A stretch of 64,000 nucleotides of DNA, from the IMG/VR virus record IMGVR_UViG_3300020037_003256, positions 32,001-96,000 of that record; one strand, 5' to 3'. The notes under the pieces are model-generated. The model saw nothing but the letters and a program-made list of their open reading frames with translations, did no database searches and was not told where the DNA came from. This DNA comes from a virus (lineage: Duplodnaviria > Caudoviricetes). Shown in pieces: positions 38,294 through 46,863 of the stretch. Numbering within the stretch: position 1 is the stretch's first letter; each line of letters opens with the position of its first letter. A program made the translations under genes and the position numbers.

Positions 38294-38878
38294 CTAGACT
38301 TTGTTAGAGGCAACCAACGCATCGACAAGGACGTACTCGTCAGGACACGTCACGTCGAGGCTTTCAATCAAAGCAACAGGAACCGTGCCGATCTTCCGTT
38401 GATCTTCCTCGACGTGCGGTCGAAAGACACGTACACTATTCACACGCTCTTGCACTTCCACTGCCTTTCTAATGCCCGCAACAACGACAGGTCTGGCCGG
38501 CATTGCGTGTGTGCATTTCTTGCGTCGCACCGCCGCAACACAAGCTTCGATTTTTCCGCTGGTCAGGAATGGCGAGCTACAAAGTGAGACCAGTACCACT
38601 TCCGCGTCTGCTGCGGGTCCTTCTACCGAAGTGAACCAGGTGTCCAACTCACTGTCTGATGCCTTCTCTAACGCTTTCGGCAGTACCCGCACCTCAATAT
38701 CCTCGCTCAGTAATTTACGTACTGCTGAAGATAACACCTGAGAAGTAACACAGACAATACGATCAATACCCCTCACCTCTTGAAGCTGCGTTAGGCTCCA
38801 CTTCATAATCGGCATATGCCCCAACCACGAAGTATGCTTTGAATCTTTCACAAACAAAACTGCGACGGTCCGTGCCAT
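38294..38878 (-). CDS. acylneuraminate/Kdo cytidylyltransferase-like protein (degenerate N-terminal motif)
   Basis: LGHMPIMKW...IDRIVCVT...SSPF...ESLDV; canonical ARxGSK absent. Confidence 0.55.
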   Translation of the reverse strand: MARTVAVLFVKDSKHTSWLGHMPIMKWSLTQLQEVRGIDRIVCVTSQVLSSAVRKLLSEDIEVRVLPKALEKASDSELDTWFTSVEGPAADAEVVLVSLCSSPFLTSGKIEACVAAVRRKKCTHAMPARPVVVAGIRKAVEVQERVNSVRVFRPHVEEDQRKIGTVPVALIESLDVTCPDEYVLVDALVASNKV

Positions 38879-38889
38879 GCGAGTAGCTC

Positions 38890-39666
38890 CTAGATAAGGT
38901 CGTCTGATTCCATAAGCGATCGAACGTCCTGCGGGACGTCTAGCTTCAATTCCAACCAATTCGATACGCGTTGTGGTATCGTTTTATTTGGTAGTCTGCG
39001 GTAGGTAGATTGTGCCAGTATTGGCAGCTCTGGCAGCTCAATGTGGTCAAAGACTTTTCGCATCACAGATTGGAAGTCCGTAACTATGTCCTTGTACTGG
39101 ATCTCCAATCTGTCTGCACACGATTTGCGAATCTTATCTGTGGTTGCCGCGTGTGTTCGGCAAAACGGTATCAGCTCTTCCGCGTCTATACGTACGGGTA
39201 GCTGCAACTTCTTTTGCTGTTTAGCTCCGTACTTCAAAACCCACAGTTTGGATTGTTGCGCTTGCTTACGACTTACAAAGCAAGCAACCGGGTTGCGTAC
39301 TAGTTGTATGATGCCGAACCCGCCCTCTCGATAGTTTTCCTCCATGAAGTCGTATAGTTCTAACGTCCTTATCGTGTCATACGGGACGTAGCAGCCGATA
39401 GATAGTTCATCGTGCCGCGGTATGAAAACAGTACCTGCCAGGTACTGCCATGGGTTTGTTACCTGGTCTATGAACCACTCTGGGCGGCTCTTGGACGCAG
39501 GTGGGCCAAAATAGCTCTCGTGCGCCTCGCGGCGTATGTCTTTGTCTTCGTGGAATAGGTCCACGTAACAAACGGCACCAGTGCGATTATTAATTGCGGA
39601 CATAATCGCACCAGCGCCGCTTCTACATTCACCAGTCAGCAAGTAGGTCCAAACATGCTCGGACAC
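38890..39666 (-). CDS. Stf0-like sulfotransferase
   Basis: RSG PAPS-loop-like motif; IQLVRNP..CFVS; IQYKDI; GTG start. Confidence 0.6.
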   Translation of the reverse strand: MSEHVWTYLLTGECRSGAGAIMSAINNRTGAVCYVDLFHEDKDIRREAHESYFGPPASKSRPEWFIDQVTNPWQYLAGTVFIPRHDELSIGCYVPYDTIRTLELYDFMEENYREGGFGIIQLVRNPVACFVSRKQAQQSKLWVLKYGAKQQKKLQLPVRIDAEELIPFCRTHAATTDKIRKSCADRLEIQYKDIVTDFQSVMRKVFDHIELPELPILAQSTYRRLPNKTIPQRVSNWLELKLDVPQDVRSLMESDDLI

Positions 39667-39674
39667 GGTAGTTC

Positions 39675-40658
39675 CTAGGCTTGAAGTGGTTGTAACGCTT
39701 CCTGCGGTAACCGAGCTTCTGCCTTGAGCCCGAAACCTTCTAGTGTTTCTGTCATGTACTCTGCTACGTCTTTGCCCAGATCCCATCGCCCAAAGAACTC
39801 GGGAGAGTGGTGCCCCGCCATAAATGTTTCCCGAGGCGTGACGTTGTCTCCTGCGTGGACTCGCATTAACAAAGAGTTCACCGGCCACTCTTTGTTATCC
39901 ACGACGTTGGTGTTCAACGCCCAATGGGTCTGAACAAACGTGTAATCTTCTCCGCCCGTTCTGTCTGCAAACTGAATACCCATACCTGTAGGGCACAATA
40001 CGGTATTTGGAATACCATACGGTTCCACATGCATGTACGCTGTCGCATGTTCAATATCGACACGTACCTGTGTCGTCAGCAACGTTGCTTTTCCACGGAC
40101 GTGCGCACTTACCAAGAAAGACAACAGCTCGTAGTCGTAGACGTCGTCATCGTCCCAAAACGGAAATACCAAATCACCCACAGCATGTTTCAAACCGATA
40201 TTCCGCAGCTCACCGGTTGATGCTGGTGCTACGGATTGCAGTTCCAACACGTTGTTGTGCGGTACGTTTGTGATTGGTGTGTTCGATGCGTTGACGATAA
40301 CGATTTGCTTGTTTGGGTAACTCTGGGCCACAAACTGATTCACGGCCTTTCTGGCCCGTCGTACCCGATTTGCATCACTGAAAACCATGATAGCCGTAAC
40401 AGACGGTAATCTGTTCTTGGCTTGTGCCAGACTGGCGTCGCACACAGCTAGCCGTCTCGCTATTCGTTTTGCATCTGGTGCCACAGACATGGAACGATCA
40501 GACCCGTTCCAGTTCGGACTTGGTGGAACAGGAGCACCAGAACGTAAAGCTTCGATTTGTGCCGCGGTTAAGTGCGGAAAGATTTTGTCTAGATTTGCTA
40601 AGGCCATCTCTTTGACCGGGATGGTCGCCTTCCCGCCGATCTTTTGCCCGTCACTCAT
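39675..40658 (-). CDS. GT2-like glycosyltransferase
   Basis: QSYPNKQIVIVN...GELRNIGL...WDDDD...GED. Confidence 0.8.
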   Translation of the reverse strand: MSDGQKIGGKATIPVKEMALANLDKIFPHLTAAQIEALRSGAPVPPSPNWNGSDRSMSVAPDAKRIARRLAVCDASLAQAKNRLPSVTAIMVFSDANRVRRARKAVNQFVAQSYPNKQIVIVNASNTPITNVPHNNVLELQSVAPASTGELRNIGLKHAVGDLVFPFWDDDDVYDYELLSFLVSAHVRGKATLLTTQVRVDIEHATAYMHVEPYGIPNTVLCPTGMGIQFADRTGGEDYTFVQTHWALNTNVVDNKEWPVNSLLMRVHAGDNVTPRETFMAGHHSPEFFGRWDLGKDVAEYMTETLEGFGLKAEARLPQEALQPLQA

Positions 40659-40710
40659 AGGTATCCTCACAGCTGTACCGCTCAGACAACACTCCGAGCT
40701 CTCGTATGCT

Positions 40711-40739
40711 GTTATACCCGAAAGGGGGACAAAGTCCAG
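40711..40739 (-). promoter_or_regulatory. putative promoter resembling the csrA promoter
   Basis: TGGACT-16 nt-TATAAC; spacer TGTCCCCCTTTCGGG vs csrA TGTCCCTCTTTAGGG. Confidence 0.45.
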
Positions 40740-40742
40740 ACG

Positions 40743-40874
40743 TCATTTTGCTCTTTGTCTGGTGGACAGAATCAGCAACCGCAGAATCTTCAGAAGTAAA
40801 GCTAGTAACATTAAGCCGATCGGCCCGGCTCCCAAGATAAGACACGTCCAGGCACTCTTGTTTAGTTCGTCCAT
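40743..40874 (-). CDS. small single-pass membrane protein, 43 aa
   Basis: GAGGA SD; one hydrophobic helix and basic tail. Confidence 0.45.
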   Translation of the reverse strand: MDELNKSAWTCLILGAGPIGLMLLALLLKILRLLILSTRQRAK

Positions 40875-40900
40875 GTGTCCTCGCTGGGTCCTCAATGGGT

Positions 40901-40950
40901 AAAGAAAAGAGAAGGGACCAGGATAGTAGCTTTGGGCTAAAATCCTGGTC
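40901..40950 (-). terminator. hairpin plus pyrimidine/U-tract
   Basis: GACCAGGAT/ATCCTGGTC stem followed by CCTTCTCTTTTCTTT on the minus strand. Confidence 0.5.
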
Positions 40951-40971
40951 ACCGCTAATCAACCGGGGTGG

Positions 40972-41121
40972 TTATTGATTAGCGGCAGGTACAATAGTGC
41001 AGGTTGCCGGCACTAGCCGGTCAGCCTGTAATTGCACAACGTGCTTAGCTTCTTCGTACTCAGCTTCGATCGCTTTAACGGTAGGTTTTGAAGCCAACGT
41101 GTTCTCGTAAATTCTTAACAT
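40972..41121 (-). CDS. small hypothetical protein, 49 aa (below ORF-track cutoff)
   Basis: AGGAG SD; MLRIYENTLASKPTVKAIEAEY...ANQ. Confidence 0.4.
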   Translation of the reverse strand: MLRIYENTLASKPTVKAIEAEYEEAKHVVQLQADRLVPATCTIVPAANQ

Positions 41122-41204
41122 ACATGCTCCTAAATAAGAAAGTTGCAGAATTAATTCTTTGCATGTATTGTGACGCGTTTCTTACCGTTATTTAGCCCCA
41201 CGTA

Positions 41205-42011
41205 TTACTGGAATACCTTAGCACGTCGCATAGCTTTGGTTGCATTAAGTTGCGGCGTCTGCGAGAAATCTTGATTCGGTAGCTGCTTTCGAATATCTGC
41301 ATACACCTCAGCGTAGGTGCTACCGATGGCTGTAGCCCGCCCGAACGCCTTAGTAGCCCAGTACGAGAAAGCACCGCAAGGCCGTCCAGCTATGTCAGCG
41401 TCTGCGCTAGTCTCACTATCCCTACAGCCAGAAAAATGTACAACGCCGCCCAGAGCCAGATTCGTTTTGACACTTGTACCCTCAGCTAAAGTAAAGCGCT
41501 CGAGCGCTCGAGAATCCCAGGTAAACTTGGTTGGAGGTATCATTCGTACCCTGTGGTCCAATCCGGTGGGTTTTTCGAACGGCAGGGCACGGTAAATCGT
41601 ACCGGAGTGACAACAGTCCGCAATTACGACCAAGCTAGCATCCAACACGAGTTTAGAAAACACGACGGCCAACTCATCGTCAATGATGAGGTTACTGCCG
41701 TCCCGTCCCATGTCGTGCGGACATAATGCCTCGTCTCGCCCATCAGGTTCATCACCGTCTTTGTCCGGTAACCACGTACCATGACCAGAATAGGTAAAGA
41801 CACCCACGTCTCCGGCGTTTAGACCGGAGACTAGCGTAGTTAAGCCATGCAGAATGTTCGCACGTGTGGCTTGGCTTTCTTTTAGCTGTTGCACGCTGAA
41901 GGCGTGTGCCGTAAGCAGATTGGTCCAATCGTCTGCGTCGTTAAGACAACCACGCAAAGCAAATTCAGTACCCGCGTAGTTGATTCCGACACAAAGTGCT
42001 TGCTTCTTCAT
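41205..42011 (-). CDS. metacaspase (peptidase C14)
   Basis: ALCVGINY...LRGCLND; YSGHG; DCCHSG; GAFS; QTPQL. Confidence 0.9.
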   Translation of the reverse strand: MKKQALCVGINYAGTEFALRGCLNDADDWTNLLTAHAFSVQQLKESQATRANILHGLTTLVSGLNAGDVGVFTYSGHGTWLPDKDGDEPDGRDEALCPHDMGRDGSNLIIDDELAVVFSKLVLDASLVVIADCCHSGTIYRALPFEKPTGLDHRVRMIPPTKFTWDSRALERFTLAEGTSVKTNLALGGVVHFSGCRDSETSADADIAGRPCGAFSYWATKAFGRATAIGSTYAEVYADIRKQLPNQDFSQTPQLNATKAMRRAKVFQ

Positions 42012-42051
42012 GTGAGCCTCCATGCTCTAATACATGAATACAGCATACCAT

Positions 42052-42444
42052 TTAGACAGGCGGTAGTACAGCTACTACGTCTACCTCATCCACCAGAACA
42101 AACTCTTCCAGATCCCCTTCCCGGGACAGCGGATCTTTAATTTCCAGACCAGCCCAAGCGGCGACGATTACGCGGTCGCCCCGGTGAAGATCCAGAGGAA
42201 CTAGTACACCGTTAACAAGTGCACCAGGCCCGACAGACCAAACGGTACCCGTCTGACGTTTCGTTTTGCTGAACGCGTCTGGTAATAGCAAACCACCTGG
42301 CGTCTGTTTCTGCGTATCAAGGTCCCGACGAATAACCACACGGCTACCACGAGGCTTGCACAACGCCAACGGATGCTGAATGGAATCATCATTAGCCGAA
42401 GTAACTTCTTCAGCAGGTACACGCAATTTTTCTAAAACACCCAT
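42052..42444 (-). CDS. groES: co-chaperonin GroES-like, 130 aa
   Basis: KPRGSRVVIRR; TPGGLLLPD; GTVWSVGPG; GDRV; DVVAVL. Confidence 0.85.
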   Translation of the reverse strand: MGVLEKLRVPAEEVTSANDDSIQHPLALCKPRGSRVVIRRDLDTQKQTPGGLLLPDAFSKTKRQTGTVWSVGPGALVNGVLVPLDLHRGDRVIVAAWAGLEIKDPLSREGDLEEFVLVDEVDVVAVLPPV

Positions 42445-42482
42445 AAGTTCTCCCGATTAAAGTTAACCAAGGTCCGTATTCT

Positions 42483-42496
42483 AAAAAACGTTTTTT
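42483..42496. repeat. dispersed palindrome copy 6 (intergenic, upstream of groES)
   Basis: TCT-A6CGT6-AGA, perfect 20-bp palindrome. Confidence 0.9.
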
Positions 42497-42501
42497 AGAT
42501 T

Positions 42502-43167
42502 CTAGCCACGCAACACAGCCGTCACCGTATTGAACACCGAACGAAACATGATACGTCCGTTATGTGCTCCGCCACCTAGACCATCCGCAGAGGCCTCGAT
42601 CGTAGCGATTTCCGAAGACGTCAAAGCCGGGTCCAGCTTCTTAGCTGCGCTGATTACCTGATCCCACTCGCCCCACTTTGATAGCTGCTCCTTAGTGAAC
42701 AGCGTATCCCCGATCTGCAAGCCGCCTTCAGGCGTTCTGTGTACTCTGGCAGTGACGTCTGAAGTCTCTTTAAGCTTTTCAGCTAAAAACTTCTCTTTGT
42801 GTAACCGTGTCGTTCGATCGTGCAGATGGGCCAGTGCTCCAGTTATGGCTTTGATGGCTTCTGCATTTTCCTGGCACGGGTTGTTACCGGTTTGCATCAG
42901 TTCGAGTCTGTGCTTTACGATGGCTAATAATACTTCATGTGTGGTGCCATTGTAAGGCATCAACCGCTGCAAACCTACCACTTCGTTCTTATCGTCAAGT
43001 ACTTCTACGTCGTAGTACTTCACTCGCGGTTCGTTCGTCACAGCCGTATGACACGCTACACACGTTATTCGAATTTTGCTATTCGCGTCTTCGGACACGC
43101 CAGGGCATAGGTGATCCGTCACCTGTGTATGTAACTCGATAGGTTCGTTACAGACAAGTGGTTTCAT
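42502..43167 (-). CDS. Tad1/Acb2-like helical-hairpin protein with C-terminal extension, 221 aa
   Basis: NGTTHEVLLAIVKHRLELMQTGNNPCQENAEAIKAITGALAHLHDRT resembles the Tad1 core. Confidence 0.6.
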   Translation of the reverse strand: MKPLVCNEPIELHTQVTDHLCPGVSEDANSKIRITCVACHTAVTNEPRVKYYDVEVLDDKNEVVGLQRLMPYNGTTHEVLLAIVKHRLELMQTGNNPCQENAEAIKAITGALAHLHDRTTRLHKEKFLAEKLKETSDVTARVHRTPEGGLQIGDTLFTKEQLSKWGEWDQVISAAKKLDPALTSSEIATIEASADGLGGGAHNGRIMFRSVFNTVTAVLRG

Positions 43168-43613
43168 GTTTGTTCCTGCTTCTGTTTGCGAGATCGGTTA
43201 TGAAGATGCTGCAATGCCGCTTGAACGGCCTCCAAAGCATTCGTCGTATCGTCACAGGTTGAACCTAGCAGCTGTGTCTGCTCTAAACGGTGCTGCACAA
43301 TAGCCAGGTATACTTCCGGAGGAATAGGCAGGTTTGGCAACAACCAATACCCGTCTTTCCTTCCGTCAACGTCTGCATGCATACGGATAACACAGCGAGC
43401 TAATTTGGTTTGTGGTTCTACATCGCCCTTCGCCGCAACACACTCAAGTTCGAACCTGTTGGCAAGAGCTTGCGGCGCATCAGGGCACAGGTGCGATGTA
43501 ATGGGGCCGTGTACTGAACACCTAACTACCGCATCGAGTCTCGCCATGAAATCATTATGACGTTTAGCCAACGTCTCAAGCGATTCTTGCATGAGGTCCT
43601 CAGTTGTGGACAA
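43164..43613 (-). CDS. divergent paralog of the adjacent Tad1-like protein, 149 aa
   Basis: Shares HLCP...CVA and EVxLAIVxHRLE..Q....C....AL....AL.HLH.R. Confidence 0.55.
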   Translation of the reverse strand: MSTTEDLMQESLETLAKRHNDFMARLDAVVRCSVHGPITSHLCPDAPQALANRFELECVAAKGDVEPQTKLARCVIRMHADVDGRKDGYWLLPNLPIPPEVYLAIVQHRLEQTQLLGSTCDDTTNALEAVQAALQHLHNRSRKQKQEQT

Positions 43614-44235
43614 AGATAGGTGCCGCTACGTGGGCCGTCTTGTTTTTCACGTGAGCGACTAGGCGGTTAATATAATCGCCGTCCCCGTCAAAACCAAAAC
43701 GATCAAACTTCACAACGGGCACGAGCGAGCTGTGAATCATAAAGGCACCTAGGTCTAGTTGCCCCTTCTTGGGTCTGCTGCTGTGTGCAACCCACTGTTT
43801 ATGTGACCGCACAAAGTCAGAATATACAAACAACACTTTCTGCTCTTGGGCTTCTGCCAGCATCCATTCCAAGAACACTGGAGCGTAGTAGTTATCTTGG
43901 TTCGTCTGCAAGAGCCACTGTGCTCCGCCACGCACCAAGATCTCCGCCGTTTGTTGCCGATACGGATGCCCAAACTGCTGTTGCCGCGTTGTCGTTTCAC
44001 GAACCTCTACCCGTTGATCTTTAGTCAGATCCGCGAGTACGGAATGTGCAGCTACAGGAGCAGGCCCGTCGTGTGCGATTTCCATTCGCCAGTTCCCGTA
44101 GGTCTGAGCTTGGAATGACGCAACTAGACAGCGTAGTGCATACAACTCACGACAATTCGCATGCGGTATGTACGCAGCTACGCTGATGCCCACAACAGGT
44201 TGACCTTCAATGACTCTTGGTTTCCAGAATCTCAT
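43600..44235 (-). CDS. GT2-like glycosyltransferase
   Basis: QTYGNW..IAHDG; FGHPYR; TNQDNYY; DGDYI. Confidence 0.75.
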   Translation of the reverse strand: MRFWKPRVIEGQPVVGISVAAYIPHANCRELYALRCLVASFQAQTYGNWRMEIAHDGPAPVAAHSVLADLTKDQRVEVRETTTRQQQFGHPYRQQTAEILVRGGAQWLLQTNQDNYYAPVFLEWMLAEAQEQKVLFVYSDFVRSHKQWVAHSSRPKKGQLDLGAFMIHSSLVPVVKFDRFGFDGDGDYINRLVAHVKNKTAHVAAPIFVHN

Positions 44236-45011
44236 GTTACGCAATCCACCCCAGCATGTAGACAATGATCGAACTCAAACCGCATAGAAGCTTCGTCTCT
44301 GGCGTAGTGGTTGTTAAGACCATACGCCGCGTCTCGTGGGCTAGCACGTGCTCGTCTGGCTAGCATACGCTCCAAGTAGAACTCCCAACCAAGTCTCGGA
44401 TAATGTAACAGGCGTAACCCTGCGTAGGCTCGTGCCTTATACGGTTCTACTACTGCACGTACCTGGTGTGCCCCAGGTGAGAAACTAAGATGCCTTACCC
44501 GATCCGGCATAAGTAAGCACGGCTTGGAGTAGGTTGGAGTTTGAATACCAGTTCTTACGTGGTTGGGCAAGTGCACGCCAACCGGTGGAAATGTACTGCA
44601 AGCCATGTCGAAGCCAGTAGCCGTGCATAGCCCGGTATCTGAGTCTTTCACTGCCGTTAGGAACGCAGGCATGTCGTTGTGATAGACCAGCTCATCGCAG
44701 TCTACAATAAGGACAAAGTCTGCAGACCCTTTAGCATCTTCCCACGCAGAATTACGGATATGCACCATGTGATTCAATTCCGCGTGCTTGTTGCCAGAAC
44801 TGAATGAACGTCGAACCACTTTGGGGTTATCGTCGCAAATCTTAGCTGTGGCATCCGTGCTTTCGTTGTCGAAAACAAAGATACGAGAAGCCCCCATCCA
44901 TTCCAGGTAGTGCTTAAAGAAGAACGGCAACATTCGTTCTTCGTTCCACGCGAACGTATATACCCAGATCTTGTTGCCGCCATTACCACCACCGTGTGCT
45001 AATGTTTCCAT
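44232..45011 (-). CDS. GT2/GT92-like glycosyltransferase
   Basis: WNEERMLPFFFKHY; FDNESTD; VDCDE; LLHY. Confidence 0.8.
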   Translation of the reverse strand: METLAHGGGNGGNKIWVYTFAWNEERMLPFFFKHYLEWMGASRIFVFDNESTDATAKICDDNPKVVRRSFSSGNKHAELNHMVHIRNSAWEDAKGSADFVLIVDCDELVYHNDMPAFLTAVKDSDTGLCTATGFDMACSTFPPVGVHLPNHVRTGIQTPTYSKPCLLMPDRVRHLSFSPGAHQVRAVVEPYKARAYAGLRLLHYPRLGWEFYLERMLARRARASPRDAAYGLNNHYARDEASMRFEFDHCLHAGVDCVT

Positions 45012-45724
45012 TACGTCCCTCGGTTAACTCGAATAGTCGCAGGGTCCCGCACGTACGTGGACGTATCTACGGGCTGCTGAAGCTTAGGTAACTTCAGCAC
45101 GTCACACAGTCTCGCGTAATCCTCGTGGGCGTGTGCTGCTCCAATAAACGGAGTCATGGTCAGCACAGATACACCGTCCTTCCGTAGTACCTCACGCACC
45201 TCTGCCGTGGACTGTCTATACAACGCATACTGATCGTTTGGTTGCATACCAAGCCATTTAACGTGTTGATCGTGTGCGTGGTAATCTCCGTTGAGCGCGT
45301 AACCATCACAGCCGACTAGCACAATGAATCTAGCCGCCATGCGGGAGGCCAGATCCATTGCACAAGTCTGCACGCCTTCTCCTAGATACAGCGTGTCTTT
45401 GGGTTTCGTTGCAACCGTATTGAGGTCATAACTCGTATCGAACACGTAGTACTTGGGATCGTCTAGCGTAAGATCTTCCCGTGGTGGTTTTCTTTTAACA
45501 ATCCACCGCGTAGGCTTTTTAGGTTTCGACGCGTGGTAATCCGCCAACAACTCTGGATGCACCGTAATGGCGTAGCTTGTTGGTAGATGTCTCCACGCTT
45601 GATTCAACCCGATAGTGACTTTGTTTTCAAAAAACGAAAGATCCATACACCGTAGCGACGGTCCGGTTCCAATAATGTAAACGGTGTCGTCACGGCATAT
45701 ATCGGTAAGTTTTTGTATTCGCAT
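45011..45724 (-). CDS. Maf/MptE-like (GT29-related) sugar transferase
   Basis: YIIGTGPSL; IGLNQ; IVLVGCD; YH. Confidence 0.65.
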   Translation of the reverse strand: MRIQKLTDICRDDTVYIIGTGPSLRCMDLSFFENKVTIGLNQAWRHLPTSYAITVHPELLADYHASKPKKPTRWIVKRKPPREDLTLDDPKYYVFDTSYDLNTVATKPKDTLYLGEGVQTCAMDLASRMAARFIVLVGCDGYALNGDYHAHDQHVKWLGMQPNDQYALYRQSTAEVREVLRKDGVSVLTMTPFIGAAHAHEDYARLCDVLKLPKLQQPVDTSTYVRDPATIRVNRGT

Positions 45725-45731
45725 ACAGTCC

Positions 45732-46838
45732 TTAAACAAAAGTGCTTTCAAAACTACACTTCTCGCACCACTGGTAGATCGGGTTACGTAACCCGTCTGG
45801 ACAGTGTATCACGGCTTTGGAGCAGCCTCGCATATACAAAGACTGCAAAGCTGCAAACCACGCAGACATATACAGCTCTCCAAACGTATCAGCTCGTGAT
45901 AAGACTGGATAGTACAACGCGAGCTTCGGAGGTAGCTGCAATGCACTGGGCTTAGGCTTCATTACCTGCCGAAGGTACGCTGCGGCATTACCTTGTGGTC
46001 CGTCCGTGGACGTCACGCAGTAGTCTGCAGGTATCGTATCGATGACCTTTGCCAACCGCTCAGGTAAATCAAACCAAGCCGCCTTACACGGTACAGGGGT
46101 TCGGCTGTTTACCAGATACAAAACGTCAGCGTCCGAGACACAGCGGGACGGGTCACATGTTAGATATGCGTGCTTTGGCGGCTTGGTTTTCAACAAAGCT
46201 CGCAGGTTTTCTAGCGATGCCCGCTCTAAGGCTCGCTCTGCTTTCCAGGCAGCCACTACAGGGTCCTGTCGGCTAAACTTGTGATGCGTAATAACAGGAT
46301 CCTTCACTGCCTGTTTATCGCCGGATAACACGTTGTACTTTGCCGGCAACGATCCCAGCTTAAAGTCGTAACACCCAGGCACTCCATTGATGATCTTCAT
46401 CGTCTCTATAAAAGCGCCCTGGTCACACGTCTCATAACGGTGCCCGTATGTCTCTGTCTCGTACTTCCACTCGGATAGAAAAGTACGCGTAGTAGAATTG
46501 TTCTTTAAAAGCATAACGCCGATATTGTAATTCTCCTTAACATCCGCAGTATTTCCGCGGTGTCGGACTAACACGTCGCACGCCCCTAACAACCTTTCAA
46601 TACCCTGTAGCTTTCCAACTAGCTCGCAATCTGCGTCCACGTACAGGATATTGTCGTTGCTGTACGCACGCATTATGTCGCACAGGATGCCAGGTTTCTC
46701 TCGCACATTACGACACCAAGAACCTCGATCCGGCTGAGAGATAACAACGATCTCTATGCCCTGCGATTTCGCGGCAAGCTTCAAAGCTTTTGCCGAGTCG
46801 GCGTAGGCACCACCGGTCTCGTAACAACAAATCATCAT
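45732..46838 (-). CDS. nucleotide-diphospho-sugar transferase (GT-A fold), 368 aa
   Basis: KPGI...YVDAD; NIGV; DQGAF; LPAKYN. Confidence 0.75.
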   Translation of the reverse strand: MMICCYETGGAYADSAKALKLAAKSQGIEIVVISQPDRGSWCRNVREKPGILCDIMRAYSNDNILYVDADCELVGKLQGIERLLGACDVLVRHRGNTADVKENYNIGVMLLKNNSTTRTFLSEWKYETETYGHRYETCDQGAFIETMKIINGVPGCYDFKLGSLPAKYNVLSGDKQAVKDPVITHHKFSRQDPVVAAWKAERALERASLENLRALLKTKPPKHAYLTCDPSRCVSDADVLYLVNSRTPVPCKAAWFDLPERLAKVIDTIPADYCVTSTDGPQGNAAAYLRQVMKPKPSALQLPPKLALYYPVLSRADTFGELYMSAWFAALQSLYMRGCSKAVIHCPDGLRNPIYQWCEKCSFESTFV

Positions 46839-46863
46839 AGTTATTCACCCTTCCGGAAACCTG

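Noticed and set aside
45626-45636. TTCAAAAAACG half-site
   Set aside because: Right arm missing; may be chance
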